Of a stretch of DNA of 64,000 nt, positions 39,230 to 48,737 are shown in pieces. The notes beneath the pieces were generated by a model. That model ran no database searches. It was not told where the DNA came from and saw only the letters and a list, made by a program, of their open reading frames with translations. Source of the stretch: a virus. The position numbers and the translations under genes are program-made. How positions within the stretch are numbered: the first letter of the stretch is position 1; every line of letters begins with the position of its first letter. The stretch spans positions 3,763-67,762 of IMG/VR virus record IMGVR_UViG_3300025896_000030; one strand, 5' to 3'.

Positions 39230-40413
39230 ATCACGTTTTTCGGAAGTCAAAAAACGGATCGAATCACAGACTGGAGGGCGTTGTCACGTCATCTAGGTCT
39301 CTGTTCATCGATTCGGGCGCGCATTCTCTGTATAACAGGGAGGTGGATACATACGAGAATGAACTTGTGACTTCCTACAGTCAGCGTTACGATTACTTCG
39401 ATCTCAAGGACAAAAATTCTGACTTCCGAAAATACGTTCGCAGGTATGTGAAGTTCATCAAGGAGGAAACGTCTGACAAGATCGATTACTATGTTACTCT
39501 GGATGCGATTTACCATCCTGATAAGTCTTTGGAGATATACGACTTTCTAGTGAATGAATACGGGCTTTCCCCGGTGCCTGTTGTCCACTGCGAAACCCCT
39601 TTCAATTTCGTGGATGAATATATCGAACGGGGTTGCACGTTTTTGGGTATTGGAGGTCTTGGGCAAGGAGTAAGTAAGAGCAGATTTTTTGAATGGGGAG
39701 ACCAGCTGTTTAACTACATTTCTGCGGGAAAGGATCGCACGCCTGTTATTAGGACTCATGGATTTGCTATGACCAGTTGGGAATTGCTGCTTAGATACCC
39801 CTGGTGGTCGGTTGACTCTGCCTCGTGGCTGAAAGCTGCTGCATTTGGACAGGTGTACGTTCCTAATTTCAGAGATGGTAAATTCGTGTTTGAGGAACGT
39901 AATAGGCCGTATACAATTACGGCCAGCGCACGAAGTCCAAATGCTAAGGAAAAGTGGCACATTTCCAATTTGGAAGGAGAAGTTAGAAAAATCGTGAGGG
40001 ACTGGTTTGACTTCATCCGCATTGATATTGAGGGGAATCATGGAATACTAAACAGCCTAGAGGCTCGCTCCCGAGCTAACCTGCTATTTTTTACTAGGAT
40101 GGCGAGGGAGCTTGTGTTCCCTCGCTCCTGTTCCACATTTAATATCAAAGGCGTGTTTAATGGTCCATGCGCTGATGGTCAGAAAATAAAAGCTCCCAAG
40201 AGTTACGACAATCCTTTCGTGGAGCCGCATAAATTGCAGATTTACTTTTCGGGTCTTTCAGGCGGTGGAATATACCCGGAGCACATGATCGCCGAGAAGT
40301 CGCCCGCCATTATGTTGTCCTTCGATAACTTACGGGACCAGATGAAACGACCCTACGATAAAAGAGCATCGACCGCTTGGATCAGATTCAAAGCCCACAG
40401 AAACCAAAAATGA
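39226..40413 (+). CDS. dpdA: TGT-like DNA 7-deazaguanine transglycosylase
   Basis: LFIDSGAHS, PVPVVH, GIGGL, HGFAMT, YPWWSVDSASW; adjacent to queD/queE/folE2. Confidence 0.75.
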   Translation: MNHVFRKSKNGSNHRLEGVVTSSRSLFIDSGAHSLYNREVDTYENELVTSYSQRYDYFDLKDKNSDFRKYVRRYVKFIKEETSDKIDYYVTLDAIYHPDKSLEIYDFLVNEYGLSPVPVVHCETPFNFVDEYIERGCTFLGIGGLGQGVSKSRFFEWGDQLFNYISAGKDRTPVIRTHGFAMTSWELLLRYPWWSVDSASWLKAAAFGQVYVPNFRDGKFVFEERNRPYTITASARSPNAKEKWHISNLEGEVRKIVRDWFDFIRIDIEGNHGILNSLEARSRANLLFFTRMARELVFPRSCSTFNIKGVFNGPCADGQKIKAPKSYDNPFVEPHKLQIYFSGLSGGGIYPEHMIAEKSPAIMLSFDNLRDQMKRPYDKRASTAWIRFKAHRNQK

Positions 40414-41459
40414 GAACCATAAATCGCGCCGAACTTTTGTTGAAATTGGAGATGGTAGCAGCAGGACTTTCTTCTAAGGAAATCCTCGAACAGAGCGCCT
40501 GCTTTGTTTTCACGAAGGGTCGCGTATTGACCTTCAACGGCCAAATCTCCTGCTCCGTCGCCTGTGATATTGGCTATGAAGGGGCGGTGCACTCGCAAGC
40601 TCTGCTTGGAATTCTGCGCAAGATTTCCGACGACACGCTTGAGGTGGAACACAGACAACAGAAAGGAGACCTGAAGTTCGTGGGAGAGTTCAAGTCCATG
40701 GGCATCACGGTGCAGAACACAATCAAGCTCCCACTCGATGGCCTTACTCTGCCCAAGGAGAGTGATTGGAAAAAACTAGAGGACGGATTTACTGAGGCAG
40801 TCGAGATGTCGGTGATGTCTGCAAGCAAGGACGAGAGTCAATTCAACATCACGTGTGTCCACATTTCCCCTAAGTTCGTGGAGGGCTGTGACAACAAGCA
40901 ATTCACTCGGTATTTTGTCGATACTCCCGTTGAGTCTAAAAAGGGTGTCCTTGTACGTTCCACGTCAATGCGACATGTACCTTTGCTTGAGATGGTCGAG
41001 ATAGCGGAGACGCGATCTTGGATTCATTTCAGGAACGGCGCAGGTCTCGTGTTCTCCTGTATAAAATACGACGATTCCTACCCGAACTATGACGACCTAT
41101 ATAAATTCAAGGGAACAAAAGTAGAGCTGCCTCGATCCATTGAAAGTGCCGCCGACAAGGCCAGCGTGTTCGCTGAGGCGAATACAGACAAGGAAAAATC
41201 TTCCGAGGCTGAATTGATCATCACCCTGACGGAAGGAAAAATGCGTGTGAGAGGAGAGGGAATGTCAGGGTGGTACCGACAAACGCTCGCCGTCGATTAC
41301 ACAGGTCCGGATATTCAGTTTCGCATTCCTCCCAAGTTGTTAATCGACATTTCCAAGCGGTTCATGCGGGGTGAACTGACGGAAGGCAAACTCAAGATCG
41401 AGGGAAAGAATTGGGTGTACGTGACGGCGTTGTCGGCGGGTAACTCTAGCGATGTCTAG
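40410..41459 (+). CDS. dnaN: DNA polymerase sliding clamp (beta-clamp-like)
   Basis: INRAELLLKL..GLSSKEIL, ASKDESQFNITCVHI, YPNYDDL; next to polymerase and clamp loader. Confidence 0.7.
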   Translation: MRTINRAELLLKLEMVAAGLSSKEILEQSACFVFTKGRVLTFNGQISCSVACDIGYEGAVHSQALLGILRKISDDTLEVEHRQQKGDLKFVGEFKSMGITVQNTIKLPLDGLTLPKESDWKKLEDGFTEAVEMSVMSASKDESQFNITCVHISPKFVEGCDNKQFTRYFVDTPVESKKGVLVRSTSMRHVPLLEMVEIAETRSWIHFRNGAGLVFSCIKYDDSYPNYDDLYKFKGTKVELPRSIESAADKASVFAEANTDKEKSSEAELIITLTEGKMRVRGEGMSGWYRQTLAVDYTGPDIQFRIPPKLLIDISKRFMRGELTEGKLKIEGKNWVYVTALSAGNSSDV

Positions 41460-42672
41460 GGGATTCTTCGCAGAATCGACGACAGCGAGCCGAGCGCCTA
41501 CAAGCGTCATCCCGCAATGCGGCGTCTGTGGGCTCTCAGAGCTTTGCCTGTCTCCCAAGATGAGAGTGGGTGGCGAAGGGAGAAAGAAAATCTTGATCGT
41601 AGGGGAAGCCCCGGGCAGACAGGAGGACGAGAAAGGAACTCAATTCGTTGGGGTGTCGGGGCAGAGACTCAAGGAAGCACTTGAGGAATGTGGCATCAGC
41701 ATGCGCAGGGATTGCTGGACAACTAATGCCCTGATCTGTCGCCCACCGGGTAACAAGATCAAGGACAAAAACGCGATCGCCTACTGTCGTCCGAATCTGC
41801 TGCGTTCTATTCGGGAACTCAATCCTGTTATCACGATCCTTTTGGGAGGATTAGCTGTTCGGTCTCTCATCGTTGAAAGTTGGGGAAAGGAAGAAATCGG
41901 GGAGGTGAATCGATGGGTGGGTTGGAGGATCCCGTGCCAGAAATTCAACACGTGGATTTGTCCGACGTGGCATCCTAGTTACGTCATTCGCACAGAGGAG
42001 GAGACAAGGAAGCCCTTTAGTTTTTTCGACAAGCACATCAAACGAGCTTTGGAATTCGATTCGCATCCCTGGCCAGACGGAGCACCTGATTGGAGTGGCA
42101 AGGTCAGGACGATTTTCGACACTCGCGAAGCTGCGCAGATCGTAGATCAGTGGTGCGATCTGGGAGGAACTTTTGCCTTCGATTATGAAAACACCTGCCT
42201 CAAGCCTGAGTATGTAGGCGGTGAAATTGTCTGTGCTGCCTTGTGTCGTGAGGGGAAGGAGACGATCGCTTTCCCTTGGCATGGAGACGTTGTCGATGCG
42301 TGCCGAAGGATTCTCCGATCGAAAAAATGTGCGTTCATTGCCTCCAACATGAAACACGAGGACAGGTGGACGAGATGGGCTTTTGGAAAGCCTGTGAGAA
42401 ATTGGGCGTGGGATACGATGATTGCCGCGCATGCCCTCGATAATAGGGAAAAAATTACAGGGTTGAAGTTTCAGGCGTTCGTGAATTTTGGAATGCCTTC
42501 CTACAATGAACACATCGAGGAATTCCTGAAGACTACGGGAGACACGAAAATAAACCGTGTGAAGCAAATAGAGCTGTCCCAGCTGCTTAAATACTGCGGA
42601 CTTGATGCCCTGCTGGAATATAAGCTCGCTGTCGTGCAGTGCCGCCAACTCGCTAGGATGAATTTGTCATGA
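41452..42672 (+). CDS. Family 4 uracil-DNA glycosylase fused to PolA 3'-5' exonuclease domain
   Basis: CGVCGL, VGEAPG..ED..G..FVG.SG, CRPPGN, WHPSY; then AFDYENT, NMKHED, DTMIAAH, YCGLDA. Confidence 0.85.
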   Translation: MSRGFFAESTTASRAPTSVIPQCGVCGLSELCLSPKMRVGGEGRKKILIVGEAPGRQEDEKGTQFVGVSGQRLKEALEECGISMRRDCWTTNALICRPPGNKIKDKNAIAYCRPNLLRSIRELNPVITILLGGLAVRSLIVESWGKEEIGEVNRWVGWRIPCQKFNTWICPTWHPSYVIRTEEETRKPFSFFDKHIKRALEFDSHPWPDGAPDWSGKVRTIFDTREAAQIVDQWCDLGGTFAFDYENTCLKPEYVGGEIVCAALCREGKETIAFPWHGDVVDACRRILRSKKCAFIASNMKHEDRWTRWAFGKPVRNWAWDTMIAAHALDNREKITGLKFQAFVNFGMPSYNEHIEEFLKTTGDTKINRVKQIELSQLLKYCGLDALLEYKLAVVQCRQLARMNLS

Positions 42673-44180
42673 GCATTCGTCCTGACGTTCATTTCGGCTA
42701 TAATCTCATTCATCAGGGCATCGCGACCTTGTCCCGAATTGAGTCGAACGGTATTCGCGTGGATCGCAGGTACCTGATGAAAGCGATCTCCTCGACCGAA
42801 AAGGAGATCGCTGTGATCAAGTCGCGGATGAGAGACACTCCTGTATGGGATCTATGGACGAAGCGTTACGGAGTGAAAGCCAACATCGACTCTGACGATC
42901 AGCTGGGGCATATTCTTTTCGACTCCAAGGAAAAGATGGGGTTGGGATACAAGTCTACAGAGAGGACTGCTTCGGGAAGATATAAGGCAGACGTTGCAGC
43001 CTTGGAAGGAATCGATCTCCCTTTCATCAAGGATTTGATCAGGGTGGGAAAACTAGACAAAGCACTTTCCACGAATTTCAAGGGAATCCTGCGCGAACTA
43101 GACGGAGACAATTTCGTCCATCCTGTATTCAACCTTCATATCGCCCGCACGTTCAGATCCTCGAGTGACAATCCTAATTTCCAGAACATTCCCGTCCGAG
43201 ATGAAGACATCGCCAAGTTAGTGCGATCCTGCTACATCGCCCGAGACGGACACGTTTTGGTGGAGAATGATTTCAAGGGAATCGAGGTAGGTGTATCTGC
43301 TTGCTACAATCGAGATCCTGCGCTGATCGCCTATGTAAAGGACGCATCACTCGATATGCATCGGGACATTGCGATGGAGCTTTTCTTCCTGAGCAAGAAA
43401 CAGATGTCCAAAGCGATTCGACATGTCGCCAAGAACAAATTTGTATTTCCGCAGTTCTATGGATCGTGGTATATTGCTTGCGCGAAACAGATATGGGAAG
43501 AAATCGAAAAACGTGATTTGAAGCTCACTGACGGCACTCCGCTCAAAAAACACCTTTATTTGAATGGTATTAAGGGTCTAGGCGCCTGTGATGCGTCGAT
43601 CAAACCCGAGCCGGGGACGTTTGAGAGACACGTGCAGGAAGTGGAGCGATCTTTTTGGGACGTTCGCTTCAAGGTCTATAAGCAGTGGAAGAATAAGTGG
43701 TGGGAGGAATATCAACGGCGAGGATTTTTCGACACCTACACAGGATTCAGGATTTCAGGTCCGATGGACCGAAATCAAGTCATCAACTACCCTGTCCAAG
43801 GAAGCGCGTTCCACTGTCTGCTCTGGTCTCTTGTTCAAATCCAGAAGGAACTTGATGATCGAGGAATGAGAACTGTTCTCGTAGGACAGATTCACGATTC
43901 GATCATTGCGGATGTCGCAATCGATGAAATTGACGATTACCTGGCGATAGTAAAAGACGTGACCGAGGTCAGACTAAGGAAGCACTATAAATGGATCAAC
44001 GTTCCTCTTTCCGTCGAATGTGAAATCTGCCCGATAGGAGGGACGTGGTTCAACAAACGGGAGGTTGTGATCAAGGATGATTCGTTTAATTGGAAATCCA
44101 AAGACGATAAACATAATTGGTCTGGCAGCGCCCGGGGTCTCATAAACTTTTGGCAAAAACTTGAAAAGGAAGCAGCGTAG
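42669..44180 (+). CDS. polA: DNA polymerase A, polymerase domain only
   Basis: RSSSDNPNFQNIP, motif A DFKGIE, motif B RHVAK..FYG, NYPVQGSA, motif C QIHDS. Confidence 0.9.
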   Translation: MSIRPDVHFGYNLIHQGIATLSRIESNGIRVDRRYLMKAISSTEKEIAVIKSRMRDTPVWDLWTKRYGVKANIDSDDQLGHILFDSKEKMGLGYKSTERTASGRYKADVAALEGIDLPFIKDLIRVGKLDKALSTNFKGILRELDGDNFVHPVFNLHIARTFRSSSDNPNFQNIPVRDEDIAKLVRSCYIARDGHVLVENDFKGIEVGVSACYNRDPALIAYVKDASLDMHRDIAMELFFLSKKQMSKAIRHVAKNKFVFPQFYGSWYIACAKQIWEEIEKRDLKLTDGTPLKKHLYLNGIKGLGACDASIKPEPGTFERHVQEVERSFWDVRFKVYKQWKNKWWEEYQRRGFFDTYTGFRISGPMDRNQVINYPVQGSAFHCLLWSLVQIQKELDDRGMRTVLVGQIHDSIIADVAIDEIDDYLAIVKDVTEVRLRKHYKWINVPLSVECEICPIGGTWFNKREVVIKDDSFNWKSKDDKHNWSGSARGLINFWQKLEKEAA

Positions 44181-44182
44181 TC

Positions 44183-45121
44183 ATGAGTGAAGAAAACACA
44201 GTTCCAGAATTGTTCACCAAATATCGTCCCTATAAACTGAGTGAAGTTGTGGGACAAGAGGAAGCCGTCGCATCGCTCAAGGCGATGATCTCGAGGAATA
44301 AGGTCAAACATGCGCTGCTGTTTACGGGTCCTAGCGGGACAGGCAAGACAACGTTGGCACGCATTCTAGCTCGGCGAATAGAATGCGGTGAACACGATCT
44401 GATGGAAGTCAATGCCGCTGACTTTCGAGGCATTGACACAATTCGGGATATTCGCAGCAAGATGGGACTAGCTGCGATCTCAGGCAAGGTGCGCGTGTGC
44501 ATCGTCGATGAGTGTCACCAGCTTTCCAAGGAGGCACAGAGTTCTCTCCTCAAGATGCTCGAGGAGCCGCCCAAGCATTTTTATTTCATGCTGGCGACGA
44601 CTGACCCGCAAAAGCTGCTGCGCACGATCATCACAAGGTGCACGGAAATCAAGCTCAAGGCCGTGAGTCCTACCGCGATCAAGGCTCTCGTCGCCCGTGT
44701 AGCTGAGGCGGAAAAGATACCCTATTCACAGGAAGCTCTTGATAACATTCTGGAATTCTCTGACGGATCGGCTCGCAAAGCTCTCGTTTTTCTGTCGGCA
44801 CTCGAAGGAATTCCAGAAGCAGATCAGGCGGATTATGTGCAGAAAACAGCGAGCCGCACAGCCTCTAATAAATTGGGCTCCTTGCTGCTGGCGCACAAGC
44901 CCGGGACGTGGAAACAGGTCGCTCAGATTCTAAGGGAGATGGATGAGGAGCCTGAATCGATCAGGCAAATGCTTCTGGCGTATATGGGCGCCGTCATGCT
45001 CAACGCCGGACACAAAGGTCCAGGTCTTCGCGCCTTCGATATTTCCGAAGCGTTCAAGGAACCTCTGCATTATGGAGGCAGAGGGCTGCTCATAGCCAAC
45101 TGTTTTTTCCTCATGAAGTGA
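44183..45121 (+). CDS. dnaX: Clamp loader AAA+ subunit (DnaX-like)
   Basis: KYRP..VVGQ, GPSGTGKTT, VDECHQLS..AQ.SLLKMLEEPP, TRC. Confidence 0.88.
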   Translation: MSEENTVPELFTKYRPYKLSEVVGQEEAVASLKAMISRNKVKHALLFTGPSGTGKTTLARILARRIECGEHDLMEVNAADFRGIDTIRDIRSKMGLAAISGKVRVCIVDECHQLSKEAQSSLLKMLEEPPKHFYFMLATTDPQKLLRTIITRCTEIKLKAVSPTAIKALVARVAEAEKIPYSQEALDNILEFSDGSARKALVFLSALEGIPEADQADYVQKTASRTASNKLGSLLLAHKPGTWKQVAQILREMDEEPESIRQMLLAYMGAVMLNAGHKGPGLRAFDISEAFKEPLHYGGRGLLIANCFFLMK

Positions 45122-45139
45122 CCAAACGATTAATTCATC

Positions 45140-45652
45140 ATGTCCGCCAGAACTGATTTTCAGATTGACGATTTAAACCTCCGCGAGGAATGGCTCAGAC
45201 AGGCTGACCTTTATTTCTCCTACGCTGAAAAAGCGGCGACAGCAAGGAGCGCCTATGATGCAGCTGCGCAGGAGCTGAGTGTTGTGGAGGCGGATCTGTC
45301 GCTTGATATCCGCGCTAATCCTCGGCACTACGATCTGGACGACAAGGTCACGGAAGCGGCTGTAAAGTCCACTCTCTTCCTGCAAAAAGGAGTGAGGCGC
45401 GCACAGAAAATTGTGCGCGAGGCAAAGCATGATCTCGACATTGCACAGGCCGCGTGCACGGCGTTGGAACACAAGAAACGAGCCCTGACGATGCTTGTGG
45501 AGCTCAACACGGCGAAGTATTTTGCCGATCCCAAGATAACTGCGTCCTCCGAAATGCGCGAAGCTGCGCAAGACGAGGAGAAGCGCAGGATTAGGAATAA
45601 GGGAAAGGTGTCGAGGTGGAGGGATGAGGACAGAGGTTCTGACGACGACTAA
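45140..45652 (+). CDS. UvsY-like recombination mediator
   Basis: QIDDLNL..EW..Q, KVTEAAV, ALEHKKRAL; next to SSB and RecA. Confidence 0.5.
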   Translation: MSARTDFQIDDLNLREEWLRQADLYFSYAEKAATARSAYDAAAQELSVVEADLSLDIRANPRHYDLDDKVTEAAVKSTLFLQKGVRRAQKIVREAKHDLDIAQAACTALEHKKRALTMLVELNTAKYFADPKITASSEMREAAQDEEKRRIRNKGKVSRWRDEDRGSDDD

Positions 45653-45705
45653 TTTATCCGGTGCGAAATTTCACCGGTAGAAAACACAAAACAACCCAAA
45701 TAAAT

Positions 45706-47106
45706 ATGAGCCGCAGAGAATACCGTGAGGTTCGCTCCGCCCGTGAGCGTGCCGAGAAACACAAAGGTGGGTGGGAACCCACATACCTGAACCTTCCCAA
45801 GGGAGCGAAGCTCCTGAAGTTAGAGGGTCCTGTTATGTACCTCGATGTGATCCCCTATCCTGCTGGAAAAGGAAATCCTTTCGCCGATGAGGGAAATCCT
45901 CATTACGAGCGCACCTTCTACATCCATAAGAAAGTAGGGGGTGGAGACGATTCGTACATTTGCCTCCGTCGCACTGCTCGCCAGCCCTGTCCTGTGTGTG
46001 AGTTCAACACTCGCCTTCAGAACAAAGGCGTCGTGGACATCGACGATCTGAAGGAACTTGCTCCCAAGGAGCGTCAGTTGTTCAACGTGATCAACACGAA
46101 GGACCGAGACGCGGGTATCCAGATTCTTGAAATCTCCTACCATTTGTTTGGCAAACTTCTCGATGCTCGCACACGCACGTCCGACGCAGAGGATGCGGGA
46201 TGGGACATGTTTCATAGCCTGACGGAGGGCTGCACGCTTCGCCTTGAGATTGCGGAGGAGAAGTATGGACAGGGTACATACAGCAATGTCACATCCATCG
46301 ACTTCGTTCCTCGAAAGAAGCAATACGACACTTCCATCTACGAGGAAGCCTACTGCTTGGACGAGTGTCTGAAAATTCCTTCGTACAAGGAATTGGAAAA
46401 GATTGTGTTGGAGATTGACGAAGACGATCCGACGGGAAGCAAGGCTCGCGAATCTTCGCGCAGGAAAAAGGACGATGATGAGGATGATCGTCGATCCTCT
46501 AAGTCCAAGTCCAAATCGTCGGATGATGACGATGATGATGGTATCAAGGCGAAGCCCAAGGCATCACGTTCCTCCAAGGACGACGATGACGACGACAAGC
46601 CGTCTAAAGAGGATGAGGATTGGGATCGTAAACCCAGCAAATCCTCCAAGGACGACGATGACGACGACACACCTCCAAAATCATCCAAGCGATCGAAGGA
46701 CGATGACGATGATGAGGATGATCGTCGATCCTCTAAGTCCAAGTCCAAATCGTCGGACGATGACGACGATGAGGATGATCGTCGATCCTCTAAGTCCAAG
46801 TCCAAATCGTCGGATGATGACGACGATGAGGACGACAAGCCCAAGCGAAAGTCCTCCTTCCGCGACGATCCTGCGATGACGACGATTCCAAGTCTAGCAG
46901 AAAGGCGTCTAAGTCCAAATCGTCGGATGATGACGATGATGAGGACGACAAGCCTGTGCGTCGTGCGAAACCATCCTCCAAGGACGACGATGACGACGAC
47001 ACACCTCCAAAATCATCCAAGCGATCGAAGGACGATGACGATGATGAGGATGATCGTCCCAAGGGAAAACGCTCCCGGGACGACGATGACGATTGATGTG
47101 CAGTGA
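45706..47106 (+). CDS. Single-stranded DNA-binding protein (gp32-like) with D/K/S repeat tail; apparent frameshift near 46850-46875
   Basis: IHK..YICL..PCPVCE, RQLFNVI; repeat tail continues in the -1 frame to TGA 47094-47096. Confidence 0.65.
   Translation: MSRREYREVRSARERAEKHKGGWEPTYLNLPKGAKLLKLEGPVMYLDVIPYPAGKGNPFADEGNPHYERTFYIHKKVGGGDDSYICLRRTARQPCPVCEFNTRLQNKGVVDIDDLKELAPKERQLFNVINTKDRDAGIQILEISYHLFGKLLDARTRTSDAEDAGWDMFHSLTEGCTLRLEIAEEKYGQGTYSNVTSIDFVPRKKQYDTSIYEEAYCLDECLKIPSYKELEKIVLEIDEDDPTGSKARESSRRKKDDDEDDRRSSKSKSKSSDDDDDDGIKAKPKASRSSKDDDDDDKPSKEDEDWDRKPSKSSKDDDDDDTPPKSSKRSKDDDDDEDDRRSSKSKSKSSDDDDDEDDRRSSKSKSKSSDDDDDEDDKPKRKSSFRDDPAMTTIPSLAERRLSPNRRMMTMMRTTSLCVVRNHPPRTTMTTTHLQNHPSDRRTMTMMRMIVPRENAPGTTMTIDVQ
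46466..47096 (+). repeat. Coding repeats (DDDEDDRRSSKSKSKSS etc.)
   Basis: gatgaggatgatcgtcgatcctctaagtccaagtccaaatcgtcgga three times; ~85-bp block at ~46642 repeated at ~46974. Confidence 0.85.
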
Positions 47107-47127
47107 CTGGGTTTAATTTGTGACCAA

Positions 47128-47166
47128 AGGAGGCCTATGTGAAATCTCATAGACCTCCTACTTTTC
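47128..47166 (+). terminator. Probable terminator
   Basis: aggaggcctatg / catagacctcct stem followed by cttttc. Confidence 0.5.
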
Positions 47167-47172
47167 TCACTT

Positions 47173-48255
47173 ATGAGCAAGACCACCAAAGAGCTGAAGG
47201 AAGATTTGCTGACTCCCGTTGAGTCTGCCTCCCTCCCGACAAAAGGGGCGCTGTCGTCAGGCTGTACGGTGCTTAATTTGGCGTGTACAGGGTCGCCTTT
47301 CAGCGCCTTTCGGCGAGGTGGTTATTACTTCATTGTGGGCGACAGCGCGGCAGGAAAGACAGTGTTAGGCGGCGCCGCTTTGGGAGAGGCTGCCATAAAC
47401 AAGCGGTTCGATGACTACCGTCTTGTATTCGACAACATCGAGGATGGTGCGTTCATGTTTGATAAATTTTACGGACCTAAGGTCACGGACAGAATAACAG
47501 CTCCTCGAGTCAAGGATGGTGTTGCGATCAACAGTGTTACCGCCGAAGAATTTTACAGCCACGTCCATCGTAATTGCAGCGAGCAGCCCACCATTTACGT
47601 GGGAGACAGTGAGAACGCGCTGTCGAGCGAAGGCGAGATGGATAAGCAAGAAAAGAAACGCGCTGCGATTGAGGAAGGAAAAGAAATATCGGGAATCATG
47701 ACGGATCACAAAGCCAAGATCCACTCTCAGAATTTACGACCAACTATCAAACTCCTGCGTGATACTATGTCCATTCTGGTGTTGCTGGGACAGACAAGAG
47801 ACGTGATCGGAGCGATGCCCGGTCAGGACACCAAGACGTATTCGGGAGGTAAGGCGTTGCGATTCTACGCGCACCTTGAGATTTGGTTTTCGGTTGTGGA
47901 GCGAATCAGGAAGACTGTGAGAGGCAAGCCTCGTGAAGTGGGAATAATCACGGAGGCGTATGTGAAGAAAAACAGGTTCACGGGAAAGCGATCTCGTGTG
48001 CGCTTTCCCATTTACTACTCCTTCGGCATCGACGATCTAGGCGCCTGTGTGAATTATCTAGTGGATGAGAAACACTGGACGAAGTCGAACGGTGTGATCA
48101 CCGCGAAGGAATTCGATTTCAAGGGTCCTGTGGAATCTCTCATCCAGCATATCGAGGAAAACAATTACGAGCGTGACCTCCGATCTCTTACAGGGGACGT
48201 CTGGAGGGAAATAGAAGAAGCCTGCGAAGTGAAGCGAAAGAATAAATACCAATGA
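47173..48255 (+). CDS. recA: RecA/UvsX-like recombinase
   Basis: SSGC..LNLA, GDSAAGKT, YVGDS, QTRDVIG, SGGKALRFYA, KKNR. Confidence 0.85.
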   Translation: MSKTTKELKEDLLTPVESASLPTKGALSSGCTVLNLACTGSPFSAFRRGGYYFIVGDSAAGKTVLGGAALGEAAINKRFDDYRLVFDNIEDGAFMFDKFYGPKVTDRITAPRVKDGVAINSVTAEEFYSHVHRNCSEQPTIYVGDSENALSSEGEMDKQEKKRAAIEEGKEISGIMTDHKAKIHSQNLRPTIKLLRDTMSILVLLGQTRDVIGAMPGQDTKTYSGGKALRFYAHLEIWFSVVERIRKTVRGKPREVGIITEAYVKKNRFTGKRSRVRFPIYYSFGIDDLGACVNYLVDEKHWTKSNGVITAKEFDFKGPVESLIQHIEENNYERDLRSLTGDVWREIEEACEVKRKNKYQ

Positions 48256-48737
48256 AAAGGAAACGCAGAACAAAGAAGGAGTTGGCAGAAGTGTGGGACC
48301 TGTATATCGTGGCAAATACTCATGGGGACCTTATGGAGATCGCAGAACTATACGATTTTCCGTCTGAAGAGGCTGTATTTACTGCAATGTGGAAGATGCC
48401 AGTTGGGTATCCTCCAGATTACATGCGTTTTGATACGATCACCGAGCGTCAAGGCATCAACGATCACGTGAAGGTTGGAAAATATGCAGCCACAACACTC
48501 CTTCACGCCTATCATTTTTTTGCCCTGCTCAATAATAAGCATGTAGGATTTGATAAACTTCCAGAATACATTGCTAAACTGCGCACCAAGGACATGCGTC
48601 GTCCTACCAAGGAGGTGTGGTGTGAAGCAGTAGGGTGGTCTGTACGCCGATTGCTAGAGTGGGAGAGAAGCTTCAAGGCGTGTTCGGGGCGGATCAATTA
48701 TATCAATCCTGTCTCCTTCCAATCATTGTTTTTGTGA
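48252..48737 (+). CDS. Hypothetical protein
   Basis: Coupled ORF. Confidence 0.5.
   Translation: MKRKRRTKKELAEVWDLYIVANTHGDLMEIAELYDFPSEEAVFTAMWKMPVGYPPDYMRFDTITERQGINDHVKVGKYAATTLLHAYHFFALLNNKHVGFDKLPEYIAKLRTKDMRRPTKEVWCEAVGWSVRRLLEWERSFKACSGRINYINPVSFQSLFL

Noticed and set aside
36904-40413. que genes as auxiliary genes for tRNA queuosine
   Set aside because: No queA/queG; the TGT-like gene is DpdA-type and lies in the replication module
46466-47096. Repeats as a CRISPR array
   Set aside because: Codon-phased low-complexity coding repeats, no unique spacers, no cas genes
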